Both the position numbers and the translations under genes were made by a program. This document shows, piece by piece, positions 26,245 to 40,746 of a stretch of 64,000 nt of DNA (position 1 is the first letter of the stretch; each line of letters starts with the position of its first letter). Source of the DNA: Paraspadella gotoi. Taxonomy: Eukaryota > Animalia > Chaetognatha. The notes under the pieces are model-generated. The model was not told the DNA's origin and did no database searches. It was given only the letters and a program-made list of their open reading frames with translations. The stretch lies in contig CM119264.1 in assembly GCA_051294375.1 (NCBI GenBank), positions 4,615,352-4,679,351 of the forward strand, in the 5' to 3' direction.

Positions 26245-29200
26245 GAGAGGAGGGAATAGCGGGAAATAAATATTAAGAAAGGCATCCCATTGAGACGCGC
26301 ATTGGAATTGTTCGAATTATTTAGAGACCTGAGCGCCGGAGAAGACGCGGGCGCATGAGTGCCACGCCGTGCTGGATGGTGCCACGCGGCGCCAACGGAG
26401 TGCCACGCGGAGCAGATGCCAAGAGACAGGAAAGGCATCATCTAAAAATAGGCATCGAATCTTTGAGTATCTATAAAAAATTTTAAAAATTGCAGAAATT
26501 TACTTATTAGATAAATTTAGACATATAATTTTAAATGTATATAAGAGTTTAGTATATTTCACATAAGTAATTTCAGTATTTCCATTTTCCATATTTAATA
26601 GTGATATGGGGAAAGGATTTAGTGTTGTCTCCGTGAAAACGTAAAGGTTAAAAAATAATTATGCCCCGAGTTTTCTAATAAGTTAGTTAGTCAACACTTT
26701 TGTTAGGGAAGTTCATTTATTGAAAAAATCAAATATATATCTAAAAAGTGTGATCAGATGGAGTGGGAGGGGATAATTCCTTCTTATGGGATGAAGTTAT
26801 TAATGATTCGTTTTGATGTTGAGGTTAAGAACTACTAAGAGAAAAGATTCTCTTTTTAAAAAATAGAATTAAATAAAAATTGTGGAAGGTAATTAAACAG
26901 TAAAATGATTGTGGTGATGATATGATGATGATGAATGATGATGATGATGATCGATGATGATAGATGATGATGAGATGATGATGATGAATTCATCAGCGAA
27001 GAAGTGAGATCGGCGACGGTTGGATCTTAATCGCTTTTTCCTTCGCACGTATTTGGGACGAAACTAGGAAATCGCGTTAATGAAAAAAGATTGAACTGGT
27101 GAAAAAACTGGAGCAAACAATTTTGTGCTTTAAGTTTTTTCGGACAGAGCATTATAAATTTGATAGCATGGAGCCTGTATTTCGTTTTGATTTCTGTACT
27201 TAAAAAAAGGTAGACTAACGAAGAAGATAATCAATTTCTTAAATTTAAAGTATTGTTAACCGACAAAAACTGCAAGTTTTTTTTCCAAATGCGCATTTTA
27301 AAAACTTGTTGTTTTCAATCGCGATGTTTGAAAATCCTCGAAGAACACAGTGCCGACGATGTGAAGAGCAAGGAATTTCTTACTAAATCAAAGACCGACG
27401 TCGAATCAATGACTTTCCGCAAGCATCGCTTTTTTTTTCTCCTTAATGCGGGCTCTACTTTACCTTGTCATTTATACTTTATCGAAAATAATAAATCCAC
27501 AAAGAAGCTTAAAATCTATCATTTTCCACCAATTTTATTGACGAATCCACAAAAGTTTGTTCCGTTCACACAAAGTTTGTTCCTCACACAAACGTGGGCC
27601 ATGTTACGAGATTCGTCTCTCCAACGCACGCCTTTTTCCCTCGACGAGACTTCCGCTTGGCGGCGAACAGACCTGCATCGTCAGGCTGCGGGGACTCTTC
27701 TGCGTCGAAAGACCGGCCTCCGGCTGCGGCGCCGGCGGCGGCTAGATGCTGCAGATTCCGCGGCGGCGGCTTCGGGCCTCCTGCCTCGAAAGGCGTCGAT
27801 GGCCTCGCGGAAATCTCGAGATTCGGACTCAGGAAAATTCTTGGCCCGAATGTGTCCGTGCGAGTGGGTCCGTTGGCGTAAGTTGGCCGTATCCGTTGGG
27901 GTTGAAATTGTTGGCGTTGTCGTTATTCGATTCTTATTCATAGAATTTACCACTCATTAACTTTTAATGCATATTATGTGTTATGACAATCTTTGTAATT
28001 AATTGACTAAAAAGACAGGCCTCAGTGAACATTCAGAAACACGGATCGTTTATTTATTTAATTTAATTTATTATTATCAATTCATCGTAAATAACATTAA
28101 ACAATGATCATAATAATATATTTACGTTAGTCCGTCAAGAACTCGAGAGAACCGAACCCTCAAACAATTGCCGGAGGAATACAGGATAAAGAGGCCAAAA
28201 CGAATTCGACTGTCCGACCAAAAACTTTACGAAGAAGAAAAAAGAAGAATGAAGGAAGAAAGGGAAGTTTGAGACATCGTCACTTTGGCCGAGTATTAGA
28301 GTCCGACAATCGGGAGATTCCAGGGTTAAAGATTACAATAAATGTTTTTTTTTATCGTATTGAGAAAATGATTTTAATAAGAATCTATAATGTGGCTTAT
28401 AATAAATGAGTTAAATATGTCATTGGTGACCCATATCATTTCAAGTTTGATTCGGAATAGTGACACAAGCTACTTTTTTATTCCATAATGTTAAAATACG
28501 AGACAGTCATTATAAATCGGAACATCCGAGTTTACTGAATTATTTTATTTCGGATTGATGATTTTCTTTAATATCTCTGATTAGACGACAGAGTAAGTTT
28601 TTCCTTTTCTTGATCTCAATCCAGTCTTTATGTTTTATCTTATTATAAACGAATACAGTGATCTTTGCACAAATTATTATTTAAGATCATTTGCATATTG
28701 CAGTAATATACAAAAACTAGTTTTGCTTTTCGTACAAAAAGTTAATTTAGGTGGTTTTTTTTCAAAATCTCCCACCTTATTCCTTTAAAAAAAGTTCAAA
28801 CGGTGTTTATATAGTTCTATGGCGCCATGTGCAGACTTCCTTTTAAAATCATTTTACCCTTAGATTCAAGCCCTAAGAAGATTTTTTCAAAATTATTATA
28901 ATATTTGTAGTTTTTTCCTCGTTCATTAATCTCATTTGCATATTGTCAAAGCAAACTCTCTATTGAAAGCGCGTGTTTACTTTTGGGACTTATTCCCCCT
29001 CGTAAACACTAGATTTTTAATGGAGCGTTGCCTCATTTTCCCAATATACGTATGTTGAAAATTTTTATTCATCTATATTACTAATTTATTAATTCTGTTA
29101 TAAAAACGCTTCAAGAAAGTAGTTGTAAAAAGGCTCATTGAATTTATTGATTGGTTGTTAATTGAATTTTTGATTGATAACCATAATGAGGACGGCAGGA

Positions 29201-31903
29201 AAGAGGTTTCGTACAAAAGAGACTTGGCTTTTGGATTATGGACCGAGGACCGAGGAGAGAAACTAACGCGATGGACATGGAGGAAATGTCAAAGGAAAAG
29301 GCGAGTCTGAACAATGAGTTTTGGCCCTGGGCGACAAATGGGAAGAGGTTTAAAGGGGGAAACCGATTGAAAAACGGAGAAAAGAAATCGTAGAAAGTGA
29401 AAGCAAATAGAACGGCCCTTCATTTCCTTTTTCTCCCGTGCAACCTCACGTAATTCTATGGCTGCTTCGCATGAATAAATGAGATTTCTACTAATTTTCC
29501 TAATCACCGGGTCATCATATGTGGACATTCCCGTAAAACTAGACAGGTATAAACTATTCGTTCCCAGAGAAAGTAGCCATTTAGAGCATCGATTCATGAC
29601 AAGGTTAAAATCTCGTTTACCTATTGGCTCTCGACAGAAGCGTTCTGGTTCTAATTCCTTTCGCATGGTCCAGCCTCGACGTCTCGTCCCCCATCCTGGT
29701 CTTTTAATTGGTCGGTGAGCGCTTTACGAGCGCAAGCGTCGATTCGTTTGATTGGCTCTCTAATCGGAGAGGAATTTGATTGGTCCTTTATTCTTCGCGG
29801 AGGAAGCGGAGCAGTCCTCGTCGTGCAGGCTGTTTGAAAAAAATAGCCACGACCATGTCGCCTCTTTTCTCCACCGATGACTACAAAACCTTGTTTCCTG
29901 ACCCTGTCCAGTAATATAACAACAATCAATTCCCTCGTTGCAAAGAAACGAACCTTTTCAAAATAATTTTATCGCCGAAAGAACAATATAAGGTAAGTTT
30001 TTAATTTCATTGCCACGGATTGAATGATGTCCGAGCGACTGTGTTTTATGGATTTTTGGTGTGGCACCACTTCTGCCTCTGGCGGGCGGGAACAGATTCG
30101 TTTTTGTTGACTATTTCAAAATCGATGTATAACCTAATTTCTCCGGAGTTATTTGAAAAATACCATGAATACAATGAATGTTTTAAAACACAACCAAATG
30201 TTTAATTTTAAATGACATAGTTTCAATAAGCTTAGTTTGGATCCTAGTTGGACTAAACCAATCGATTATGCGATGGTCATATATGGGTCATATATGGTCA
30301 TATCAAGGCTATTATAAAAGTACATTAAACCTAACGCTGTTTTATTTCCCAACTACAACTGTAAAGATCTACATCCCAACATTAAAACCGCATAAAACAA
30401 ATATTAAAAGGGTGAAAACCTTGTTTTTAAACATTAAGATTCTTGTGCAGCGTTCGTCGAAAAAAATTATGTCATGACGATGAAGTGGTTTTTTTTTGTT
30501 TTTTTTTCTGTTAATTTTTGATGATGAGATGTAGTAATAAAAATAATAGTAAAAATTTATGGCGAGATTCGTAAAGTCTTGTGACACTTGTGACACACTT
30601 GTGACACTTGTGATCACACTTGAACGCGTGAACGTCCTCTCCGCCGCTCAACTCCCCCCCCCGGCCCCGGCTCTCTCCGGTCCGCCCGTCCCGAGAAACT
30701 TACCGGCACTGTCCGAGTACAAAGCGAACGTCGTTTTCGATCCAGACGCGAATTCGGACGCGACGCGGAAAGTTGACACCCGGCGCGTCGACGCCGGACG
30801 AGCCGATAGGCGGCCGGAACGAGATCGGCGAGATGATCTGTTGATGTCGAGACTCGAGCTAGAGAGAATAGTTTGAGAAAGATCGAAGCGGCGCTCGTTT
30901 CGAGGCGTCGAACCAACGGAGGATCGGCGTCGTGCGTTGCGGTTCCTCTGTATTAGATGTCGGCGGACGGGGCCGAAGAATCGAGAACGACGCCGCCGAA
31001 CGCCGGGTAAGAGACGAAAGCGGCGACGGGAGTTTGACGACAGCCGAAAACCGCGCCGCGAAACCGAAATCGAAGAGAAACGAAAGAAAGAAATTCGATC
31101 TTTTGAGCGTTCGACGACGTTTGACGTCTTCGTGTCACGTGACCGGAAATTCTCTCGGTGCCGAATTCTCCTCTTCCTCCTCCACTCGCCAATCGTTCGT
31201 CCGATCCGGTGTCGATAACGAACGGGCCGCGAAATCCTCAAACGACGCCGCTTCAGTTTCCGGCTCCAGCTTTTTCCCGTCGCCATCGTCGATCGTCCCG
31301 CGCGCGTACAATCCTCTCGGCGCAGACTCCGAAAAACCGGCGTCCGAGGACTTCGGAGGCCGGAGCGTTCGCGGCGAGACCTGGGGGCGTGGCTGGACCA
31401 TCGTCGTCGTCCGACGCCTTTCTGCTTCTTTCAAGAGTCCACGAACTCGACGAAGACTTGAAGACCCGATGAAAGAAGACGTGGAAAGAAGATTGGGTTG
31501 TCGTCTCGAGAACCTCACGTTCCGAAGATGATCTGCAGCAACTTCCGCCATGGAGTCGTCGCGCGAAGGCATGAAGACGACGAACAGACAGAGAATTTGG
31601 GCGAAGGAGTCGAGCTGGCGGCGGAGGAACGATTGGATGTGATACAACAGAGGGTTTCCAAAGTTGCTAGTGAGTGATAGAAAGAGGATGAATGAGAAAG
31701 AAAATAGAGTGTGATAAATAGGATAGGATATTAGTGGCGGTTGAGATACGGCCTATGGATTCAAAAAGAAGAAGAAAGAAGAAAGAAAGAAAGAAGAAAG
31801 AAAGATAGAAAGAAAGAAAGAAAAGAAAGAAAGAAATAAAAATTAAAAGAAAGAAAAGAAGAATATAAAGAGAGGAAAAAGAAAATAAAAGGAAAGAAAG
31901 AAA

Positions 31904-31934
<31 letters not shown>

Positions 31935-31998
31935 ATAAAAATTAAAAGAAGGAAAGAAGATATAAAGAGTAGAAAAAAGACAAATAAAGAAAGAAAGT

Positions 31999-32030
<32 letters not shown>

Positions 32031-35000
32031 AAAAAAGAAAGAAAAGAAAAGAGAGAAAAAGGAAAACAATTAAGAAATAAAAAAGAAAATCGAGAAGAAA
32101 AAGTACAAATAGAAATTAAGAAAGAAGGAAAGCGAGAGAAAAAAAAGGAAGGGAAAACTTAAAATAAAACATAAAAACGAAACCGAGAAAAAATATAAAA
32201 CAAAAGACGAAACCCAAAAAAAAACAAAAACAAAACGATAAAAAAAGATGCGGGATACCCGCCTACCCCTCCTTCCCCCCCCCACCCAAACTGCGCCAAT
32301 TTCCGCCAAATCCTCTCGTCACAACCGCGCCATCCCTAACATCGACACCACGGGGTTCCTCGTTGCCGACTTCTCTCATCCGCCGCGCCGGCGCAGTGCC
32401 TCCACGTCCCGGCGCCGCCAAATCGACGCCGCCGCCTACGCCCCCTTCCTTCCGGCGCCGTCGCTGATCTTGGACGGAAACGTCAACGTGTATTCGATGT
32501 CGTCTTCGTCTTCGTCTCGCTGACTTCGTCCGTCGCGTCGTCGTCTCGTGAACGGAACGAAGGCGTGGGGGGAATTTATTGCGTCGCCATGAAACGAGGC
32601 GACGATGAACGATGAAAGATGAAGACGAACGAAGATAATGACAACGATGTAGACGATGACGATGAAAAGATAATGACGACAACCGATGTCGACGACGACG
32701 ATGAAGAAGAAGACGAATATGGAAGCGACGATGAAGAACGAACGAGAAGAAGAGAACGACGACTAAACGACCGACCTATTTGAGGAAGGGAGCGATGGAA
32801 TGAGATTTGACTGTTTCGCCCCGCAGCGAGAATTGCCCATTCCGCAAGAAGAAATTTAGCTTCGCGCCTCGAATTCTTCTCACGAAATCAGAAGATAAAT
32901 GAGTTTGAGTTAAAATTAGAACTAAAAAAATTCGATTGGGAAAATTCCTTTTCGAATTGAAAAAAGAAATTTTGTCCATTTTGTGGCCCCTGAAAGAGTT
33001 TCTTGGCGGGAAATTTTGTAACAAGATAGAGATAAACGATTCTACAAGTGCAACCCATTGTCCGAGTGAAAGCAACGCCGTTTTAACGAGCTACCCTGTA
33101 GTTTTTTCTTGCTTTTTCTTTTTTTAAATTGAAACTCGTTAAAAACGAAAGTTTCAACTGAGAAAAAGTGTGACACAAAAACGGAGATAGAATCCACTTC
33201 TTTTTTTCATATACATTGAAATGTAATCGTAGAACGCATTCAGTATAACACGACGAAATTCGTCAGGGATTTTTTTTTCGTCCATCAAACGGAATTTCTT
33301 TTCTTTCCTTTCAACAAAGTGAATAGAAGACTCTCTTTTCCTCTCACTTTTTCTTTCTCTCTCTGACGTTGTTTTGTTTACATTTTATTGTCTGACGCGT
33401 TAAGCAAAACAGGTTCCGCCGCCTTCCTGGGCACAATTGGGCAAATAAAACCGTAGAAAAACATTTCGATCGGAATATGTTTTTTTCAAACAAACAATTT
33501 CTCTTCAATTCAGTTTCGAGACTGGAAGAGAGTCTTGTCTTGTTAACAAACAAAACGATGAGTCACGAACATAATTATCTTAGCGACAGAAAAAAATTAT
33601 AATCTCTAACTTCTTTTGATCGGTTAGAAAAAGTGAAATAGAGTGGTAAGCGAAAAAAAGTAGTGATATTTCCATTAAATTTCTAGTTAATTCGAATACA
33701 AAGGTAAGTCCGAGGGTTTGCTAAAAAACGAGAATCCTTTGTGATGGGACTTTTTTTATTCTGCTATGGTGATTCGGAACACATTTTCTTCTGAAAAGAA
33801 TTCCGGAAAGATCCTTTGGGTTAATCCGCGATGTTCCGAACGAGTGGTGAAGACCGTGTCGTCGTCGTTTTCGTCTTCTCTGCATCTCTTCCTCCTCGCT
33901 CTTCCTCAAAACAAGAGAATTCCCTGTTGGTCATCGCCAATCTGCCTTCACGAATCTCGTCATTTCCGAGTGAACTTTGGCAGGCGCGAGGCTGGCGAGT
34001 CCAGGCGAGACTAGAGGGCGCCTCACGACGCCACCGATCCTTATTTTTGGGGCGGGAGGGAGTCGGGGATGGCGTGGAAAAATGGGGAGGGAGGGGAGAG
34101 AGTGAGAGAGAGAGAGAGAAAGTAGGGAAAAGGGATGAGGTGAAGGGAAGAATGAGAAGAAAGAATATGAGAAAAACGAAGATCCCGTTATTGGGCCAAC
34201 ATACTATATGGTGTTTTATATATTCCTTGTGTTACGCGCGGGTTTATTTGGCGCACCGCTAAAAATTGGGTCGACGACGTACAAGAAACAACAAACAACA
34301 ACAAAATAACAACATTCGCTCCCTTTTACTTCGGCCCCAAAAAGTTTTTTTTATATTCGTTTCTTTTTTGAAGACTGAATCAGTTCTCACAGGAGGAGAA
34401 AGAAAGAATGTTCGTTGGAGGTAATAAAACAAAATAATCAGTTTTTTTTTTGGAGGTAGGTGTGTGGAGAGAGGGGTAAGGGGGCTGTAGATAAGGGAAG
34501 GGGGCTGGTAGAAGGGGAGGGGGAGTGGTGTAAAGGGGGCGGCGGCCTCGAGTCGCTCGTGGCGAAAGAAGAGGCGGCGCGCGGTGGAAGAAAAGAACCT
34601 TTTTTTTTCCGCTCGAGAATTTTCGCTTTTTGTAGTCTCTTAGTTTTCTTGCTCTCTCTCTCTCCTCTCTCTCTTCTCTGTCATCTCTCGTCTCATCTCT
34701 TCTCTCTCTCCTCTCTCTCTCTCTCCGTTACCACATTCTAAAAAATTCTTTGTCGCAAACTGAATATACCTCTTCCCTATCTCTCGACTTTCCCTCGAGC
34801 TATCTTCTCTAATCTCTCTCTTTCCTTATCTTTACATCTCTCCTCCCTCTCTCTCTGTCTCTTCTTCTCTTCCTTCCTCCACCTTCCTCTTTCTTTCCCC
34901 TTTCTTCTTTCCCTCCCCTAAATCTCCATCCTCCCTTCCTCCTCATCTCCTCTTTCCTCCCTCCCGTCCTCTTTAAACTTCCTCCCTTCAGCCCCTTCTT

Positions 35001-36150
35001 CATCTTTCTCTCTCTCCCTTCCCCTGTCCATCTTTCTTCCTCCCTCTCCTCTTCTCATTCCTCCTCTCCTTCTTCCTGCCCCTCTTCTCATTCCTCTCTC
35101 CTTCTTCCTCCCCTCTTCTCATTCCTCCTCTCCTTCTTCCTCCCCTCTTCTCTCATTCCTCCTCTCCTTCTTCCTCCCCCTATTCCCCATTCCTCCTCTC
35201 CTTCTTCCTCCCCTCTCCCTCTCTCCCTCCACCCTTCCCCCCTCTTCCCTTCGTAAACCCTCGGATTTACCAGGATGGTGTTTACTCCCTCATTTCCCGC
35301 CAATTCCGCGCCTTCAGGCTTAAACCATAAACCTCGTCAAAAAGCCTAAAAGCTCTCGTTTGCTCTCATCTCGCTCTCGCTATCGCTCTCGCTTTCGTTC
35401 TCGCTTCTCCGCACTCGCTAATTTTTCATCAGTTCATTGAATGTTCCTCCTAATTTTTTTTTTTGTATTTTCCTCCTTTTTTTCATCGGGTCGTTTGCGT
35501 ATTTAATGTTGTCTTAAATATTCTATCTTATTGGACAGCGTTATTTCAAATATTTTGCTGACCGGATAATGATTATTACTCCCAGCCGAGTGACCTAATT
35601 ATCTCAGTGCGAGCCCTTCTCTAAGAATCTCGATTAAATTGTAACCGACATCTCTCGGTTCTTCACATCATTATCAACTAAATATCATAAACTTTGAGCT
35701 CTCACGAGGTCGAGCAGTCGAATGTTCGACCATTGAGCAAAGATCGGCCAGTCGAACAAAATTGACGCGGGCGCCCCCTCAAATGTGGGCCGCAACCGCT
35801 GCCCGGAGCGCTGGCATCAACAGCAGCAGCAAACGCTGCCGCTGACCCATCCATTCGACGAATCGGAAAAACATCGAAATGAGCTCATCAGCGTCGAACG
35901 GAAGTCAAACCCCCTCCTTACCCCTCCCTTCCTTACCCTACCCTTAACTTAGCCTCCCTTCATTACCCCGCCTTACTTCCCTCCCGCCACCCCCTTTTTT
36001 TCCCGGGAGACGCCTAATTTCAACGCGACGCGTCTCCGTGAGACTCGTTCCGTCGAACCTAATCGATTCCCCTCGCTAACCCCTTTTCTCTTTGCCAATT
36101 GGAGCCTTTCACTTACACACACCTGGGACTCTCTCTCTCTCCTCTCTCTC
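24620..36150 (+). repeat. Indel-rich duplicate of 9168-20460 (probable long-read gap-fill artefact)
   Basis: Dense, uniform 1-bp insertions/deletions relative to the first copy, including inside exons. Confidence 0.9.
30690..32590 (-). pseudogene. TMEM53: Frameshifted duplicate of TMEM53 (likely sequence-error copy)
   Basis: Same two exons (e.g. EVGNEEP at ~32350-32380) broken by many single-base indels. Confidence 0.6.
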
Positions 36151-37220
36151 TGAGTCATATAACTCAGCTCTTCCCGAACGCAGCCGTAGAACGCGGAGTC
36201 GGCCGGCGCGGCTGCCGATCGACTCACTTCTCCTTCCGGGCTTCTTCCGCTCGGATCGGGGAGATTTTCCTCTCTCTTCCCGGGTTCTTCCGGTCGAAGT
36301 TCCGAGCGGATCGGGGGCCGGATATCTCTTTTCTCTTCTCTCTCTCTCTACTCTCTCTCTCTGCTCTTGCCGGTCTCTCTCTCTTTCTATCTTTGTTTTT
36401 TCTTTTAATGTATTATTTGTCATTCTCTCTCTTTAATTTCCTTCTCATCAATTTATTATATTTAAACTTGAATAATTTTTTTTTAAATAACTAATTTTGA
36501 AAGAAAACATACTAACTTTAATAACGACATTCTCTTTTTAGGGATTTAGCCAGTATTCAATATTTAACGAATTTTTTTTTCTCTATAGTCGGAAAAAATA
36601 ATAATGAAATTTGAGGAAAAAATAAGGCTTCTTGATAATCACCAGTGAAAACAAACGAAGAAAAAACAAATAAATCCAAGCTGAAATCCAATACAACAAT
36701 ATTCAACTATATTCTACAATTAGAAAAATTTTTCAAAAAAACAAAATTTTTTGACATTTGTTAAAAAGAAATCTTTTTATTAATTTCAGAAGTTAAAAGT
36801 AACTAGGAATTAAAAAATAATGAAAGTCCTATACAACTTGTAGAGCCTGACAAATAGGCTAAAATTTTGCATACTATGTTTTTTTTTTTAAATTATACCT
36901 ATAGTTTTAATTTATTTGTGAATTTGTGAAATATTAAAAGGTAAAGAAATCATAAGTTGAGACTGCTCAAATTCAAAGACCTCGCATTGGGGCGAGAAGA
37001 ATAAACTAAAGACATTTTAGAATTGAGTAAAAAATTGATGTCAAGATAATGCCACTGTTGGGGTACAAAAATGAAGCCACAAATTTAAAGTCCTATGGTA
37101 AAGGTACTCAGAGGATATCTCCACCATTAATTACAAGGAATACAAAGCAAGAAAAATTATACTGTAATTTATTAACTAGTGTATAAATGTTTGATTAAGT
37201 TATTAAAGAAGTAGTAGTGT

Positions 37221-37255
<35 letters not shown>

Positions 37256-38289
37256 TAGTAGTAGCAGCTTAGGATTCCAGACAAATGTTTTTGAGCGGGC
37301 TTTTGTTTCAACTTTGCTAACAACTCCTGGTATATTAGCCTAAGGCGACCTCCTCAAAAAAAAAAAAAAAACAAAAAAATACGGCACTAAGGAGCTTTCG
37401 AGACCAAAAGACAACCTTAAAAAACTGTTGGGCTCGACTTTTTTTGGAAAATTTGATATTTAGTCATTGAATTAAATTAAATTAATGGGAAATTTAAATC
37501 TGCTTTAAAAGTCAGAAAAAAATATTTAAAAATTTTTGCATTTACATATGTTTAAATATGGGCTATGCGAAAAAATTGAAAAATAAAAAAATATTTAAAA
37601 ATATCACAGCTGCATGCTCGAATTTTTAATTCTACTTGATTTCTAAAAATTTTTCTACTCTTTACTCTTCATACGTCCTCGCGTAACAAAAAAATGCAAA
37701 TAAATATATACATCTCATTTTTCGATCATTTTTATCTTTACATATTTTCAAATTGTTTCAGCATATTTAATCATTATTGTTAGAGTGTATATCTTTTTTT
37801 TAATATTATTAATTTAAGCTGCAAAATCTTAATATTAAAAAAATTGTTGACTAAATTTTTTTATTTTTTTTTCCCTTCTTTTTCTTTCTTTCTCTCTCGT
37901 CTTCTTTTCTGTCTTTCTTTTTTTTCTTTCTTTTTTTTGAACATCGTGAAATTACCCTAACAATAATGTAATACTTTCAAAAGGCCTTATCTCTTTAAAA
38001 GAGAACTCCCGGATCCGCGCGAACGCTTGATCGATCCGCTCGGGAGGCCGAGAGAAAGAGCCTCGGCGGTGAGAGGGTAAGAGAGAGAGAAGAGAGTAAG
38101 TCCGCGCTTGCAAGCTACGATGGATCGAACTTTGCCAACGCGCGCGACCGGGATGATAAGGAAAGAGGAAGAGGAGTAAGAATAACGCCGAGCGCAAAAA
38201 AGTCGAAGGCAGGGAGAAGCCGATCGCCGCCGCGCGGCTGCTCCGGAGGGCTGCGGCTGTTTGTAGGTCTTCTGAGTATAGCCATGCTC
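36151..38289. mobile_element. Putative TIR element in (CT)n, long copy
   Basis: GC-rich left end TGAGTCATATAACTCAG... is an imperfect reverse complement of the right end ...CTGAGTATAGCCATGCTC; AT-rich interior; noisy sequence. Confidence 0.4.
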
Positions 38290-38312
38290 TATCTCTCTCT
38301 CTCTCTCTCGCT

Positions 38313-38357
<45 letters not shown>

Positions 38358-38647
38358 CTTCCAATTGAGAACTTTCACAAACACACACTGGACTCGTCTC
38401 TCTCTCTCTCTCTCCTTTCGTATCCCTCTCTCTTTTATCATTCCTTCCTTCTCTTCTCTCTTCTTTCACCTTTCTCTCTCTCTCTCTTGCTCTCCTTTCT
38501 TTATCACGTTCTCTCTCTCTCTTATCAACCTTCTCTTTCTTCTCTCTCTTCCTCTACTTCTCTCTTCCTCTCTCTCTCTCTCTCCTCTCTTTTTGCACTT
38601 CTCCTTTCTCTCTCTTTTATCACCTTCTCCTTTGTCCCTTCTCTCTC

Positions 38648-39671
38648 TGAGTCATATACTCAGGCTCTACCCGAAGCGCCGTAGACCGGAGGCGGCGGCG
38701 CGCGTTCATCGAACTCCTTCTCCTTCGGGCTTCTCCGCTCGGATCCAGATTTTTCTCTCTCTCCATGGTGAGTCGGGCTTCTTCCGGTCGAAGTCCGAGG
38801 CAGATTCGGGCCCAGGATTTCTCTTCTCTCTTCCTCCTCTCCCTATCTCTCTCTTACTCTCTCTTGCTTTGTCGTCTCCTCTCTCTATCTTTGTTTTTTC
38901 TTTTATGTATTATTTTTTGTCAATTCCCATCTTCTCTTTAAAATTTATCATCAATTTATTATAATTAAACTTGAATAATTTTTTTAAATTAACTAAATTT
39001 TTGTGATAAAGATTTTAGTTATTTATTTTTTGGTAATCAAAGAAAACCACTTTAAATAACGACATTCTCATTTTTTTTTTTTTGAGGATTAGCAGTATTC
39101 AAGTATCTCATTTGTGATCATTTTTATTTTTATCATCATTTTCAATTGTTTTCAGCATTATTTAATCAATAATTGTTAAATGTATACTTTTTTATTAATA
39201 TTATTTCTTTTTAAGCTTTCAAAAATCTTAATATTAAAAAAATTATGTTCTATTTGGTTAATATTTTTTTCCTTTTTTTTTTTTTCTTTCTTTCTTTCTT
39301 CGTTTTTCTGTCCTTTCTTTTTTTTCCTTTCTTTTTTTCAACATCGTGAAATGAACCTACATATTTTATAATTTCTCTTAAAAGAGACTCACGATCGCGC
39401 GAAACCCATGATCGATCGCATCGGAGGCAGAGAGAAGAGACTCGGTGGTGACGAGGTAAGAGAGAGAGAAGAGAGTAAAGTTGCGGCTGCAGCTCCGATC
39501 GGATCGACTTTGCAGTCGAGCGGATCCGGGAGATAAGGAAGAAGGAAGAGGAAGAGAGTAAGAAGAGCCGAGCGAAGTAAGTCGAAGGCAGGTGAAGAAG
39601 CCGATCGGCGCCGCGCGGCTGCTCCCGGACGCTGCGCTGATGACGAGGCTTCCTGAAGTATAGCCATGCTC
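38648..39671. mobile_element. Putative TIR element in (CT)n, short copy
   Basis: Same two ends and adjacent AT-rich segments as 36151-38289, but lacking about 1.1 kb of interior (~36570-37700). Confidence 0.4.
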
Positions 39672-39797
39672 CTCTCTCCTCATCTCTCTCTCTCATTCTT
39701 TTCTCTCTCTCTCTCTCCTGATCTCTCTTCTCTCTCTCTCACTCATCTCTCTCCTTTAGTTTCTCTCTCTCGCCCTTCCCACCAATATCTCTGCCCA

Positions 39798-39822
39798 NNN
39801 NNNNNNNNNNNNNNNNNNNNNN
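39798..39822. other. Assembly gap (25 N)
   Basis: 25 Ns; the following 39823-40680 also appears in garbled form at ~22130-23487. Confidence 1.
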
Positions 39823-40746
39823 CCTTCGCTTGTTCTATCTTTTCTGTCAATAAATTAATCATAATGTTTACTCTTTGTTTACTTTCTAATTCCTTCGATA
39901 CTCGCCCCCACTTTCCCTTTGCTGCTTAACTAATTGCAAACGTCCTTGTTTTTTGTTGTGGTCGTTGTTGTGATGGATTTTGCTTGTGGTCAAAACTGTT
40001 GAGGTTGTGTTTGTGGTTGTGGTCTCTTCCTTTCTCCCTCATTTGTGGTTGTAAGTCAGCCGTCTCAATGTAGTAATGTGGTTTAAGTTGTGATCAATTC
40101 TCACTCTTTTCCCTTTTTAGTCACTATTTCGGTTGTGGTCAACCCTCATTCAGTTATAATTAAGCTTTGATTGTGGTGAGTTCTCGCTCTGTTGGTTTTG
40201 TGTTTTTCCTAGTGGTCAGCTTTGCAGTAGTGATTGTGATCCCGGTCAGACTTCGTTTAGTTGCTTCGTCGACAAGAATCGTATTTGTATTTCTGTGTGA
40301 GCTTCTTTTTGTGTGAGCTTCTTTTCCTCAACGACCTCGAATACAACAACATCAACATCACATTAGCAACACCGACCGTGAGTCGACCTATTTTCACGCT
40401 CAGCGACCACAATCCACCTTTCAAAATAAATAACATCGAGTTACTCAACTGTTATAAATATTAATATTAATATATTATATATTATATATATATTATAATA
40501 TTAGTAAACTTAGTATCATTTACTAGTCAGAGATAGACACTTATTCTTAATCAATACTATAAAAAATAATAGTAAAAAAAACAAGAAATAATACAGGCCT
40601 CTTCTGAAAACACTACGAACTGGTGTTAAACCCGCCGGAGTTTTCTTTCCTTCCACTCTCTTGTGTCCACCCACCTCCTCCCTCGATCCACCCACCTCTA
40701 GTCCTCTACCCTCGATCCACCCACCATCCCCCACCCATCAACCCAC

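Noticed and set aside
30690-32590. Genuine TMEM53 pseudogene paralog
   Set aside because: The error spectrum (uniform 1-bp indels) and gap context favour raw-read artefact; retained only as a tentative feature.
39636-39662. Hammerhead cores (CTGATGA here, and on the minus strand near 20190 and 63308)
   Set aside because: No stem II followed by GAAA, and the sister copy at ~38255 lacks the motif.
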